A stretch of 64,000 bases of DNA, taken from the NCBI GenBank assembly GCA_963716395.1, contig OY970309.1, forward strand, positions 3,104,001 through 3,168,000. The letters run 5' to 3'. How positions within the stretch are numbered: the stretch's first letter is position 1; each line of letters starts with the position of its first letter. Shown in pieces: positions 49,651 to 60,800 of this stretch. The translations under genes were made by a program, and so were the position numbers. Source of the stretch: an uncultured Fibrobacteria bacterium. Its GTDB lineage: Bacteria; Fibrobacterota; Fibrobacteria; UBA11236. The notes under the pieces were generated by a model that did no database searches, was not told where the DNA came from, and saw only the letters and a program-made list of their open reading frames with translations.

Positions 49651-50673
49651 TCAAACATCCCGCAAATGCCCGTGCAGAAGGCGGTCATCGACGCGGAAAA
49701 TCTTGGTGAGCAGGGCCACCCGCATCCACATGCCGTTGCGTTCTTGACGCCAATACTTGGCTCGGGGATCGGCGTCGACGTCGGGATGAATTTCGTCACG
49801 CCGGGGCAGCGGATGCATGATCACCGCCTCAGGCTTCATCTTTCCCAGGTGTGCGACGCCCAATTTGAAACGGCTCACGTCGACGCCTTTGGATTCGCCG
49901 GCTTCATCATGCTCGTCCTGGATGCGGGTGATGTAAATGGCATCAAGGTCGGGCAGCGCTTGCACCATGTCGTCGGTTTCGGCAAAAGCCACGCCCTGCG
50001 CGCGCAGATGCGATTTGATGTCCTCTTCCATGCGGAAAGGGCCGGGGGCGATGAACACCAGACGCACGCCCCGGTAATTCTGCATCAAATGCGACAGGGA
50101 TCGCACGGTGCGCCCGCGTTTGAGATCGCCCATCATGCCGATGGTTTTGCCGTCGATGCCGCCCCGGTGCTGAAAACTACGCTCCAAGGTGTAGATGTCG
50201 AGCAGGGCCTGGGTGGGGTGCTGATCTTTGCCGCTGCCGGCATTGATCACCGGGACGCGGCGTTTGATATGGTCGAACAGGGCCGCGGCCGACTCGGCCA
50301 GGCCTTCGACCTTGGTGCGCATCACAATGGCGTCGACATAGGAGCTGAAGGTGCGCAGCGAATCGAGCAGGCTTTCGCCCTTAACTTCGGAGGACGTGGA
50401 GGAATCGCGGATCTCGCTGGTCTGGATGCCGAGGATTTGGCAGGCGGTGTTGAAGCTGAGAAAGGTGCGCGTGCTGGGCTGGGTGAAGTAGAGCATGGCG
50501 CGCTTATGCGCCAACAGGCCGCGCAGAAACAGCAGCCCCTCGCGCGACTTGGCGAATTTGCGGATGGCGGTGGTGAGCTCGCACAAATCGTCGAGCATGG
50601 CCCGGTTGAATTGCCCGGCCCGGAGTATGTGGAAAAATTCATTGTCCGGATGCAAGTCGGCTTGGGGGGCCAT
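49651..50673 (-). CDS. pyrB: Aspartate carbamoyltransferase catalytic subunit
   Basis: PSTRT, KGESL.D, NAGSGKDQHPTQ, GDLKRGRTV, MHPLPR. Confidence 0.95.
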   Translation of the reverse strand: MAPQADLHPDNEFFHILRAGQFNRAMLDDLCELTTAIRKFAKSREGLLFLRGLLAHKRAMLYFTQPSTRTFLSFNTACQILGIQTSEIRDSSTSSEVKGESLLDSLRTFSSYVDAIVMRTKVEGLAESAAALFDHIKRRVPVINAGSGKDQHPTQALLDIYTLERSFQHRGGIDGKTIGMMGDLKRGRTVRSLSHLMQNYRGVRLVFIAPGPFRMEEDIKSHLRAQGVAFAETDDMVQALPDLDAIYITRIQDEHDEAGESKGVDVSRFKLGVAHLGKMKPEAVIMHPLPRRDEIHPDVDADPRAKYWRQERNGMWMRVALLTKIFRVDDRLLHGHLRDV

Positions 50674-50764
50674 GCAGGCAAAAGTAATAAGCCCTGACAA
50701 GCCGGCCGGCGTGGTATGGCGCGTTCTGACGTGGAAATTCGGTATGTGTTTGCACCCGGCCCAT

Positions 50765-50895
50765 CGGCTGGTTCGACACCCCTCGACAGGCTCGGGGGCC
50801 GGGCTCAGCAGCCGCAGACTTGAGTCATTTGCAGGCCAACTAGCGTCGGGCCGGAGCATGGTTCCCAATCACGTCGAGGGACGTCGACGGGCCCG
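50765..50895. repeat. Pair of nested REP-like palindromes
   Basis: CGGCTG...TTCGAC[CCCTCGACAGGCTCGGG]...GCTCAG CAGCCG (50765-50814) and an opposite-oriented CGGGCC...GTCGA...GGCCCG unit (50847-50895). Confidence 0.45.
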
Positions 50896-50906
50896 GTTGC
50901 CGTAAA

Positions 50907-52406
50907 TCAGGAGCCCAAACTCACCTGGGCGAAGCCGTCGCCATCATAGGTCCATTGAATGCGTTCGGCCGTGTTACCGCCCACTTCCATGGTTTCGAGA
51001 TGCACCGGCCGATCCCACAGGAAATACACCTGTTTCATGGTATTGCGCGCGTATTCCTCATCGAGCGGCAGGCCTTCGAAAAAATGCTTGAGGTACAACT
51101 CGCGCTTGCCGCCATAATCGCCATCCATCACCTTGATCAAGGGAATGCCGGAATGCGCGAAGGAGCGCACCACCAAATCCTTGACCACGCGCCAATTGGT
51201 TTCTTCGACCGCGAACTCTTCGGTATGCCCCTGCACATGGCTGGCATAGATATACAGCTCGGCGTTTTCGACCACCTGCTTGTTCATGAACTCGTCGAGA
51301 AAAAACCAGTCCATGTGGGTGCGCCGCGTTTCGAATACCTTTTCCCGGCCCTGGCCGGTTTTGAGATCAAGCGTCCATTTGTCCGGCGCTTCGCTGCGTT
51401 CCCATTCGGTCCCGAAGCGGCCGGTATTGTAGCGTTCTTCGATGTTCTGAAAGGTTTTGACGCCCAACAGGTACGGGTTCAGGCCGAACGGGTTGCTGGC
51501 CAGCACGCGCGCGTTGTACAGGTTGTAATAGCCATGCTCTTCCGGGGTGAGATAGCCGTCTTGGAACAGGCGATTCATGATGCGGGTGTGCCAGAACGAG
51601 GCCCAGCCTTCGTTCATCACCTTGGTTTTGCGCTGGGGCTGGAAATACACCGCCTGATCGCGGATGCCGTTGAGCACGTCCAATTCCCATTCTTCGAAAC
51701 CGCGCGGGGAATGGCGCATGATAAAGCGCAGCAAATCCGATTCGGGTTCAGCCGGCAATTTCTTTTTGGCCTGGCGGGTTTCTTGCCGCCGCTCTTCGAA
51801 GGACTTGGGCTGCTGCTGTTCGTCATAGGCGAACAGATCCGCGAACGGCCCCGTATGTTGCTCGGGCCGGGGCGCGGGCTTGGCCTCGTCCCGCACCGAG
51901 GTCTCGACCAGATCGTCCTCGGAATGCCATTGCAAGGCATGCGCCGAATCGATCAGGCTTTCCACTTCGCCGATGCCGTAATCCTCTTCGTATTTGCGGA
52001 AACGGGCCGCGGCTTCGCTGGCCGAGGTGAGCATGTCGCGCCGGGTGCGGCGGAAATGCACGTTGTTCTTCATGAAGTCGTTGTGCGCGTAGACATGCGC
52101 CATCACCAGCACTTGGATGGGGTACGGGTTGGTACGCATGAGAAAGGCCCGCGACGGGTTGGAGTTCAGCACCACTTCGTATGGGATTCCGCCCATGTAT
52201 TCGTATTGCGTACGCTGGCGTTCGAAGTCGCGGCCGAAAGACCAATGCGAATAATTCACCGGCAGCCGGTAGGCCATGATCTCCAGCATTTTCTGGGCGG
52301 GAATGACGTCGAACTCCTGGGGAAAGCAGTCGAGGCCAAACTCGGCCACGATTTTCTGGATATGGGCGTCGGCGCGCACCAAGCGGGAAATATCGGAGTC
52401 GTTCAT
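50907..52406 (-). CDS. SpoVR/YcgB family protein
   Basis: YSHWSFG, YEVVLNSNP, AHVYAHNDF, TKVMNEGWASFWH, LNPY. Confidence 0.95.
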   Translation of the reverse strand: MNDSDISRLVRADAHIQKIVAEFGLDCFPQEFDVIPAQKMLEIMAYRLPVNYSHWSFGRDFERQRTQYEYMGGIPYEVVLNSNPSRAFLMRTNPYPIQVLVMAHVYAHNDFMKNNVHFRRTRRDMLTSASEAAARFRKYEEDYGIGEVESLIDSAHALQWHSEDDLVETSVRDEAKPAPRPEQHTGPFADLFAYDEQQQPKSFEERRQETRQAKKKLPAEPESDLLRFIMRHSPRGFEEWELDVLNGIRDQAVYFQPQRKTKVMNEGWASFWHTRIMNRLFQDGYLTPEEHGYYNLYNARVLASNPFGLNPYLLGVKTFQNIEERYNTGRFGTEWERSEAPDKWTLDLKTGQGREKVFETRRTHMDWFFLDEFMNKQVVENAELYIYASHVQGHTEEFAVEETNWRVVKDLVVRSFAHSGIPLIKVMDGDYGGKRELYLKHFFEGLPLDEEYARNTMKQVYFLWDRPVHLETMEVGGNTAERIQWTYDGDGFAQVSLGS

Positions 52407-53746
52407 ACCCGTTTATCGCGCGAGAAAAAGACCTTCAAGGCCGGATACACGTGCGCCTTATTTTTGAGCAGCACGCCCAGCAGCGGCAGATCCTGGCGTT
52501 GGGGCAGATAATATTCGAAGTCGGCGTCGCGGTAGGCCGTATGCTTTTCCAGCCCGAAGGTTTCTTCGAAGCCGTGCATGAGCTGCTGGCCGTAAGCCGT
52601 TTCGGTACGGATCTCACCGTAACCCAGAAGATTCGGGCCGTGGTCGAGAAAGCGCCGCACGCTTTGCATGGTCTTGGCCGCGTCCCAATCCTCGCCGTCG
52701 GAAAAGTGGAAGCCGTAGATGTTCCAGCGGCTGGGCGAATATTCGGATTCCACCAATTGGGTGGCGGTGTCATAGGCCGAGGCGCACACCGTGCCCCCGC
52801 TTTCGCCTTTGTGGAAGAACTCTTCCTCGTCGACCAGCTTGGCTTCGGAAGTGTGGGCGATGAAACGAATATCGACCGTGCGATATTTGAGCTTGAGGAA
52901 TTCCACCATCCAGAAGAAGAAACTGCGCGCCAGGTATTTCTTGAGCATCGACATGCTGCCCGACACATCCATCATGGCCAGCACCACGGCGTTGCTCTGC
53001 AATTCAAAGTCTTCTTTGAGAACGCGGTAGCGTAAATCCTGGCGGGCGATGAAGGGTTTGAGCTGCTCGTCGCCTTCGGCCAGAATGGTTTCGGCGTCGT
53101 CGCGCAGCAACAGTTCCAGGGCGCGGGCATAATCGCCGCGGGCGTAGTTGTAGGCGCGCTGGCACAGTTCCAGCGGCTTGCCGCTGGCATCGACCAAATC
53201 CTGCACTGATCCGGCCGAGCGGCGCAGGGCTTCGCGAAAAGTGCGTTTCTTGTCGACGTTGGCGCGGATGCCGTGCTTGTCGATTTCGTTGAAACTCCAA
53301 CCCAGGGGCACGATGTTCTCGGCGATTTCCTTGCGGCGCAAATCGGGCAACTGGAGATCGTCCATCATCATGGTGATGATCTCCTCGACGTCGATTTCGG
53401 TTTCGAGGTAGTCTTCGCCCGGCTCCTGGCCGGCTTGGCCCTTCTGGTTACCTTCGCCCGGCGCCGGCCGGCGGCCGATGACGTCGCCTTTGCCCTTCTT
53501 GCCGTGGCCCAGGCCGTACTGTCCCCCGCCTTCGCCGCCTTTGCGCTGGCCGTAAATGAACTGATAGCTCTTCACTCCGCGCACGGGAATGCGCACCGTC
53601 TGCCCCTTTTTGCGCGTGATGATGCTTTCGTCCGAGATGACGTCGGCGATGTTTTCGCGGATGAGTTCGCGCACCTTCTGCTGGTGGCGCGCCACGTCTT
53701 CCTGGCCGCGTTTGCTGAAATCCCAATCGACTTCGCGGACGGTCAT
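52403..53746 (-). CDS. YeaH/YhbH (DUF444) vWA-like protein
   Basis: DLRYR, MMDVSGSM, FIAH, ESGGT, WNIY.FHFSDGE. Confidence 0.95.
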   Translation of the reverse strand: MTVREVDWDFSKRGQEDVARHQQKVRELIRENIADVISDESIITRKKGQTVRIPVRGVKSYQFIYGQRKGGEGGGQYGLGHGKKGKGDVIGRRPAPGEGNQKGQAGQEPGEDYLETEIDVEEIITMMMDDLQLPDLRRKEIAENIVPLGWSFNEIDKHGIRANVDKKRTFREALRRSAGSVQDLVDASGKPLELCQRAYNYARGDYARALELLLRDDAETILAEGDEQLKPFIARQDLRYRVLKEDFELQSNAVVLAMMDVSGSMSMLKKYLARSFFFWMVEFLKLKYRTVDIRFIAHTSEAKLVDEEEFFHKGESGGTVCASAYDTATQLVESEYSPSRWNIYGFHFSDGEDWDAAKTMQSVRRFLDHGPNLLGYGEIRTETAYGQQLMHGFEETFGLEKHTAYRDADFEYYLPQRQDLPLLGVLLKNKAHVYPALKVFFSRDKRV

Positions 53747-53756
53747 GGCGGCTTCG

Positions 53757-55733
53757 TCATTCTTCTTTGCGCAGCACTTCGCCCACGTATTGCAGGAGCC
53801 GCTCGGCGCTGTGCTCGCTGTAACCCTTTTGCCGCATGGCTTCGATGGCGTCTTGCCGCCGCTTCACGGTCTTGGGATCTTTTTTGCTCGGGTCGGCGAT
53901 GGTCAGGCTGACCACGTTCTTGAGATCGGCCATCAGTTTTTTCTCGATGGCTTCGTGGAGCGGCTGGTAGCTTTTGAAATCGAAAGCTTTGCCCTGATCC
54001 AAAGCATCGGATTTGAACACGAAAATGCCCTGGCGGAATTCCTTCTTGGCGTTTTCGGAAACCCCGATCATCTCTTCGATGCTGCGCATCAGCTTTTCGT
54101 CGGGCTCTTGCACTTCGCCGGTCACGGAATCGATGATCTGTTTCTTCAGGCAGAAATGCGTGGTGTGTTTGATGTAATTGTCGAACAGCGATTGGGCCTG
54201 ATCCTCGTAGGCGAACAGGAACGCTCGGTTCACCTCTTTCTTGGAGATCTCGCGGTATTCCGAATTCACGCTGCCTTTGTCGGCCATGAGCAGGCGCAGG
54301 TAGCGGTCGGCCTCCTCTTCGCTGAAGCCGATATGATGGCCGAAATTGTGGCGTAAGGCGCGAATGACGTCGAGCGGCATGATGCCGCCTTCTTTCTCCT
54401 TTTCCGACAGGGCCACATTGATGGCGTTGACCACGAAGCGCGGCGAAATGCCCGACATGCCCTCGCCCTTCTTTTTGCCTTCGAGGCGCAGGGCCTTGAG
54501 GTCCACGGGATCCTTTTCCTGCTCCATCACGGCTTCGCCGTGGTAGTACTTCATCTTCTTGATGAGGTCGGGGCACAGCGACGATTCGGAGAGCCGCGTC
54601 AACACTGCGAACATAGCCGCCACCTCCAGGGTGTAGGGCGCGATCTCCATGCGCGCGAACTGGGAACTGGCGATCATCTTCTTATAGATCTTCACTTCGT
54701 CGTCGACGTTGAGGCAGTACGGCACGTAGATGGGATACATGCGGTCGTGCAGCGCCTCGTTCTCCTTGTTCGATTTGAATTTGTCGAATTCGGTCTGGTT
54801 GGTGTGCGACAAGAGCACCAGGTCGGTGTAGATCTGCGGAAAGCCCGGCACCTTGATGAGTTGCTCTTGCGCCACGGTGATGAGCACATAGTGGAACTTG
54901 ATATCGCATTTCAGGATTTCGATGTACTCGATGAGGCCGCGGTTGCTGATCTCCAGCTCGCCGTCGAGATTGTAGGCGCGCGGATCGGTTTCACCGAATT
55001 CGGTGAGTTTGGAAAAATCAACATGGCCGATGAGCTCGGCGATGTCCTGGTTTTTGGGATCGCTGGGCTGAAAGGTGCCGATACCGCGGCGCGCGCGCTC
55101 CGACAGAGTAATCTGCTTGACGGGGAAGCGTTCCCACAACACGTTGCCGGTTTCGTCGCGGAAATCCTTGGAATGCAGCAGACGGTGGCGGCAGATGGGG
55201 CACAAGTCGCCTTCGATGCCCACGCCGAGAATCTCCTCCCATTTCTGGCGGTCGTGGCGCGGCACCAGATGCAACGGGTCTTCGTGCATGGGGCAGCCGT
55301 CGATGGCGAAAATGGGCGCGGTGGTGGAGTACTCTTCCAGCTTGCGCTTGAGCAGGCTGGCGATGGAGGACTTGCCCGACGACACCGGACCGACCAGAAT
55401 GAGAATGCGTTTGCCGGTTTCGGTGCGGCGCGCCCCGGCGTGGAAGAACTTCACGATGTCGTGGATGGATTCGTCGACACCGAAGATCTGGCCTTCGAAA
55501 AAGTTGTAGTGCACCAGATCTTCGTAGCCCGGCAGCGGGTGTTTTTCGGTCGTAGGGTGGCTGCCTTCGTTGATGATCATGCTGTACAGCCGGCTGGGGG
55601 CCGACATGGCGATGCCGTGGGACTCTTTCACCTTTTCCAGATATTCCAGGCATGTTCCTTTCCACGAAGCTGCGGCTTTTTTGGATCGGTTTTCGTTGAT
55701 GATGGATTGAAAGTCGGAATTTTCGCTCGCCAT
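53757..55733 (-). CDS. prkA: PrkA/YeaG AAA+ serine protein kinase
   Basis: [47 protein letters not shown]. Confidence 0.95.
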   Translation of the reverse strand: MASENSDFQSIINENRSKKAAASWKGTCLEYLEKVKESHGIAMSAPSRLYSMIINEGSHPTTEKHPLPGYEDLVHYNFFEGQIFGVDESIHDIVKFFHAGARRTETGKRILILVGPVSSGKSSIASLLKRKLEEYSTTAPIFAIDGCPMHEDPLHLVPRHDRQKWEEILGVGIEGDLCPICRHRLLHSKDFRDETGNVLWERFPVKQITLSERARRGIGTFQPSDPKNQDIAELIGHVDFSKLTEFGETDPRAYNLDGELEISNRGLIEYIEILKCDIKFHYVLITVAQEQLIKVPGFPQIYTDLVLLSHTNQTEFDKFKSNKENEALHDRMYPIYVPYCLNVDDEVKIYKKMIASSQFARMEIAPYTLEVAAMFAVLTRLSESSLCPDLIKKMKYYHGEAVMEQEKDPVDLKALRLEGKKKGEGMSGISPRFVVNAINVALSEKEKEGGIMPLDVIRALRHNFGHHIGFSEEEADRYLRLLMADKGSVNSEYREISKKEVNRAFLFAYEDQAQSLFDNYIKHTTHFCLKKQIIDSVTGEVQEPDEKLMRSIEEMIGVSENAKKEFRQGIFVFKSDALDQGKAFDFKSYQPLHEAIEKKLMADLKNVVSLTIADPSKKDPKTVKRRQDAIEAMRQKGYSEHSAERLLQYVGEVLRKEE

Positions 55734-55886
55734 AAACTGCACTCTCCGCCGTTAATATTATTGTACGCACTTCCGGACGCGGAAGCATCCACCCTTTGCA
55801 ATCATATTAAATGTCGAAAGCCCGGGTTTTCTAGTTTTCCATCCGCCCAGTCGACCGAATTCCTCGCATGGGGATTGCTAAGAATC

Positions 55887-57128
55887 ATGGCTCACATCAA
55901 CGCGCATTATCAGAAGCTGCAAGCCGGCTACCTCTTTCCCGAAATCGGGCGCCGCGTGCGCGCCTTTGCGGCTGAGCATCCCGGTGCCGACATCATTCGC
56001 CTCGGCATCGGCGATGTGGTACAACCACTATCCGCGCCCATCCTATCGGCCTTTCACGCCGCCGTCGACGAAATGGGCCGCCGCGAAGCCTTCAAGGGTT
56101 ATGGACCCGAACAGGGCTATGACTTTCTGTTGCAGGCGATTGCGGCCCATTACCGCTCGCAGGGGGCCGCGGTCGAAGCCGATGAAATTTTCGTATCCGA
56201 CGGTTCGAAATGCGACACCGCCAATATCCAGGAGATTTTCGCGTCGGACAGCGTTGTGGCGGTCACCGATCCCGTTTATCCGGTTTATGTCGACACCAAT
56301 GTCATGGCCGGCCGATCCGGCCCGGCCGACGCCTCGGGCCGCTACAGCGGCCTGGTTTATCTGCCCACCACCGCCGCCAACGGATTCGACCCTCCCCTCC
56401 CCGACCGTAACGTCGACTTGGTCTATCTGTGTTCGCCCAACAATCCCACCGGTGCCGTCCTATCGCGCGCGGCGCTGGAAAAATGGGTGCGTTATGCGCG
56501 TGAAACCGAAGCCGTCATCCTCTTCGACGCCGCGTATGAAGCTTTTATTCGCGAACCGGGCTGGCCGCATTCGATTTTCGAAATCGAGGGCGCCCGTGAG
56601 GTGGCCATTGAATTCCGCAGCCTGTCCAAAACCGCGGGTTTTACCGGTACGCGTTGCGCCTACACCGTGGTACCTAAAGCCCTGAAAGGGCGCGACGGAA
56701 AAGGCAGTTTAACCTCGTTGCATGCCCTATGGCTGCGGCGTCAAACCACCAAATTCAATGGCGTGGCTTATCCGGTGCAAAAAGCCGCGGAGGCCGTGTT
56801 TTCGCCGGTCGGGAAAGAGGCGGTGGCTGAAAACATCGCTTATTACATGGAGAATGCCCGCCTCATCCGCGAGGGGCTGCAATCCGCGGGTTTTACGGTG
56901 TTTGGCGGCGTCAATGCGCCCTATATCTGGCTGCAGGTGCCCGAGGGAATGACCTCGTGGTCGTTCTTCGACCGCATGCTGGCCCAAGCGCATGTGGTGG
57001 GCACGCCCGGGTCGGGATTCGGCGGTTGCGGCGAGGGATATTTTCGCTTGTCGGCTTTCGGTTTTCGTGAAAACGTGCAGACGGCTTTGAAGCGTATTCA
57101 AAAGATGATAGCCAGGGGGCGTATATGA
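55887..57128 (+). CDS. dapL: LL-diaminopimelate aminotransferase
   Basis: [45 protein letters not shown]. Confidence 0.96.
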   Translation: MAHINAHYQKLQAGYLFPEIGRRVRAFAAEHPGADIIRLGIGDVVQPLSAPILSAFHAAVDEMGRREAFKGYGPEQGYDFLLQAIAAHYRSQGAAVEADEIFVSDGSKCDTANIQEIFASDSVVAVTDPVYPVYVDTNVMAGRSGPADASGRYSGLVYLPTTAANGFDPPLPDRNVDLVYLCSPNNPTGAVLSRAALEKWVRYARETEAVILFDAAYEAFIREPGWPHSIFEIEGAREVAIEFRSLSKTAGFTGTRCAYTVVPKALKGRDGKGSLTSLHALWLRRQTTKFNGVAYPVQKAAEAVFSPVGKEAVAENIAYYMENARLIREGLQSAGFTVFGGVNAPYIWLQVPEGMTSWSFFDRMLAQAHVVGTPGSGFGGCGEGYFRLSAFGFRENVQTALKRIQKMIARGRI

Positions 57129-57725
57129 AAAAGTGGCTGGCGGCGGCGTTACTTTTGTCCGCCCTGACGGCGCGTGCCGACCGCGGAGGTAATTTCGGGG
57201 CGGGTTTCGTGCTGGGCGATCCCACCGGTTTTGATTTCAAGCTGTGGACGCAGCCGCAGAAAACCGCCTTTGACTTCAACCTGGGTTGGGGCGGGTATTG
57301 GGGCAATGACGCCTATGGTTATAGCGACTCGCGCTGTTACGACAATAATTTTTACAACAACAATACCGGATATTGCCTCGAACCCAGCAATCTACCGTTC
57401 TGACGGCAAATACGGGTTGCGCAATTTTCATCTGCATGCCGATTACCTGATTCACAATTTCCGCGCGATCCATGCGCGGGAAAAATTTGGAATCTACTAC
57501 GGCCCGGGCGTAGCCCTGGACTATTGGCGGGGTGGTTATTATTACCCGACCTATGATCGCAGTGGCGGTTTTACCCAACTCGGCGTCCGCGGTGTGATCG
57601 GGCTGACTTGGTTGCCGCGGGCGTCGCCTTTCGATCTGTTTCTGGAATTGGCCCCGGTGATCGAAATCTTTCCCTTTCCCGATTTCGGCATGAACGGCGG
57701 ATTCGGCGGCCGGTATTATTTCTGA
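57125..57725 (+). pseudogene. Small outer-membrane beta-barrel (DUF3996-like) split by a +1 frameshift near 57377
   Basis: First frame: signal peptide plus FGAGFVLGDPTG..FK. Second frame: HLHADYL...LGVRGVIG...DLFLELAP...GGFGGRYYF. Removing one C in TATTGCCTCG joins them. Confidence 0.75.
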
Positions 57726-57824
57726 AACACGCCGCGACGGAATTCCCTCCCGGACGTAACCTTCAGGTAACCTGACCACCCGTCTGGAAACGCATCGGGC
57801 GGCCTCGGCGAATCGCGTTCTCCC

Positions 57825-60800
57825 TCAATGGGCCAAGGAGAATTCCGGCGTCGGCTGCGCGCCAGACACCGCAGATTTTCCCGCTAAAATATCCTGGTAA
57901 AGACGGTAAATCTTCTCGCCCGATTTTTCCCAGGTGAATGGGCGCGCCGCCTGCGCGGCGGCACCGGTTTTGGGCGCTTCCAGGGCCTGCAAAACCGCAC
58001 GGCGCATGCCCGGCAAATCCTCGGGCTCGAAATACAGGCAGGTGTCGCCGAGATATTCCCGAATCCCGCCGTGGGGCGAAGCGGCCACGTTGCAGCCGTA
58101 GAGCGCCGCTTCCAGCGTCACCAATCCCGGCAACTCGTACCAACTGGGCAAGACATGGACCTTGGCGGCACGATAGGCGGAGATCAGCATGCGCGGGCTC
58201 AGGCGTCCGGTGTAAAGTGTGCGCCCTTTCCGTCGAAAAACACGGCAGATATTGGAGTAATCCGGGCTGTAGCAGACGCCGCCATCGGCGAGGACGACGG
58301 GTATGTCGTCGTCTTCAAGAGCGGCCAACAAGGCCAATTGGTTTTTGCGGGCTTCAAGCCGGCCGACGCAGAGCACGAAGTCGCGTAACCCATGGGCTTT
58401 TTCAAACAATTCGGGTCCGACCTCTTCCGGACTGACTTGGGCGCCATGCATGCATACCAAGGCTTGCGCCGCCGGGTGCAGCGAGAGTAAAAAGTCGCGT
58501 TCTTCGCCGCTGGTGCAAATCACCGCGCGGGCGTGATTGGCCGCAAAGGCCGACGTGTCGGTGGGCAGGGATTCGGCGAGTTTCATCAGTTCGAGGTAAC
58601 GCGGGAGCAAGGCTTTGTCCTGATTTTTCTGCATGTAGGCGAGCAGCAGCCGGTACAAAGTGATGGAGCGGCCCAGATAGAAACTTTGGTTTTCCTGAAA
58701 AGCCTGCACCACAAAAGGCACGCCGCTTTCCTGCACCCTGCGCGCCAGCGGTTCGATGGTCTTGGGCAATACCAGGTTGTAGAGATGCACGAGATCGTAT
58801 TGGGCCGGATCGGCCGTGGCGTCATGGATGGTATCCACGTGCACGCCCCGGGTTTGCAGGTAACTGCGGTAGCGATCCATGACCACCGTGTCACCGCCCG
58901 GCGCGGCGTTCGCGGAGATGCGGTTCTGAAACAGCACGCGCATCGCAGCCGATCGAGCCCCGGGAATCGTCGGTCCGGCGGTAAGGTTGCGACGGTAATT
59001 CCAGTGCTCATGGAATCGCTCCACCAGGGCGAAGGTTTCACCCAGACGAACGCGCGCACGGCGAGCGCGCATATCGGACTCGGCCTGTGCACCCAACCGG
59101 CGCCGCAACTCGGGATCCTCAGCCAGCCGCCGCATCCATAGCGAGGCGTCTTCCAAATCCGGTTCCGCCCACACGTGGTCGGTTTCGCCGTTCAGGCAGA
59201 AATTGTACAGGCTGTCTTTCTGCACCCCCACCATGCGATGCCCCACCAGCACCGAATTGTTTTCGTTCATGAATTCCATGTTGCCCGACCAGGCCGTAGC
59301 CATGGCCACCTTGCCGAACGACATGCTCTCCATCAGGCCGTTGCCCAGACCTTCGGCGCGATGCAGCGACACGTACACATCCCAGCATTGCGTCAGCTCC
59401 AGCACTTCGGCATAGGACAGCGAGCGGTTGATGAAACGCAGGTTGGGGTGCTGCTCTCCGAGTTGCTGAATCCGGCGTGCCGTCTCCGCGTGCATCGCCG
59501 CGGAGTGCGCATTGTTCATCTTCAAGACCAGCAGCACGTCGGAGCGGCCCCGAAAGGCATTCAAGAATGCCTCGATCACGCCCAGGGGATTCTTGCGTTC
59601 GATCACGCTGGTGAAATCGAAGGCGAATCCGAAGATCAGGGCGTCTTCCGGCAATTCAAAGCGCCCGCGCGGAGTGGCAGCCGGCTGTTCGGGGATCTCG
59701 ATCATCTGCTCATAGAAGCGCACGGGTGTGCCGTTCACCGAAGCCACAATGGCGTCTTGCACGAAACGCGTCGGCGCCAATATCAAATCCATCGATTCCA
59801 GCACCGGCAACCAATTTCCGGGAATGCGCGATAATTCCCAGAAGGGAACGATCACATTCATGGCTCCGCCCATACGCAGCGCCGGATGCCCTTGCTTGAG
59901 CAGGCCGCCCACTTCGATGGGATTCATCTGAAACAGGTTGATGGAATACGGCATAGGTTGGGCGGGATCCCAAAGGGGAATTTCGGGACAGGCTTCTTGC
60001 TTGGACCGCTGCGACCCGGCATCGATGTCGAGACAGGCCACCGGATATCCAAGCGCCTGGAGTAGATGCACCGTCACCCGGCCCGACATGCCCAAACCGA
60101 AATTCCCGGTGAAATAACCGATGACGTTGAAGCCGAGGGTTTTGGCCGTAGGCACCGGCTTCCAGGTCGGCACGGCGACGGGAGCTTTTACGGCGTCCGG
60201 GGTTTCAGTCTGTGCCGCCCCATCGGCCTGACCTTGGTTTTCGGAGCCCGCCTCTGCCTTATCCCGCGCCATGGCGAAATGCACGTGATCGTTGAAAGGT
60301 CCCAAGGTGAAACGGAAATCTTGCGTCAGATAACCTTCGAATTCGGTGCCCTGATGCCCGAGAAAAATAAACCGCCGGGGAAAGCGATGCTGTTGCAGAC
60401 GTTTGACTTCGCGGCGGGAAAGTTCCCTGACGGCCATGAGCACCGCCTGCGCATAGAGTTGGAGCCGGTGTTCCTGCAAAACCTCTTGCAATCGCTCCGG
60501 AGGGGGCGATGGGATGAAATCTCCCAGGAATACATCAATCACAAAAAGATCCGCACGCTCTTCGAGTTCATCCAGGGCGAGTGCCTCGCCTTTCTGTTCC
60601 ATTTCCAAGGAAAGGCGGCACATCTCGCGGCTGACCAGCAACTGATGGGGATGTTCCGATGCGGACAGGAATCGGTGCAAGGCCGCAACGAGTTCGCCGT
60701 GCACGCCGAAGTATGCGATCCGCGTACCCGGTTCCAGCGCCGCGATAAAATTTGCCAGATACGGCACGACGCGTTCGGTGGCGTAAAACAAATTGCTGTT

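Noticed and set aside
50907-55733. Sporulation, inferred from the SpoVR/PrkA names
   Set aside because: The yeaG-yeaH-ycgB trio is widespread in non-sporulating bacteria
54540-55886. 862-aa DapL fusion
   Set aside because: The extension is the antisense shadow of prkA; DapL homology starts at ATG 55887
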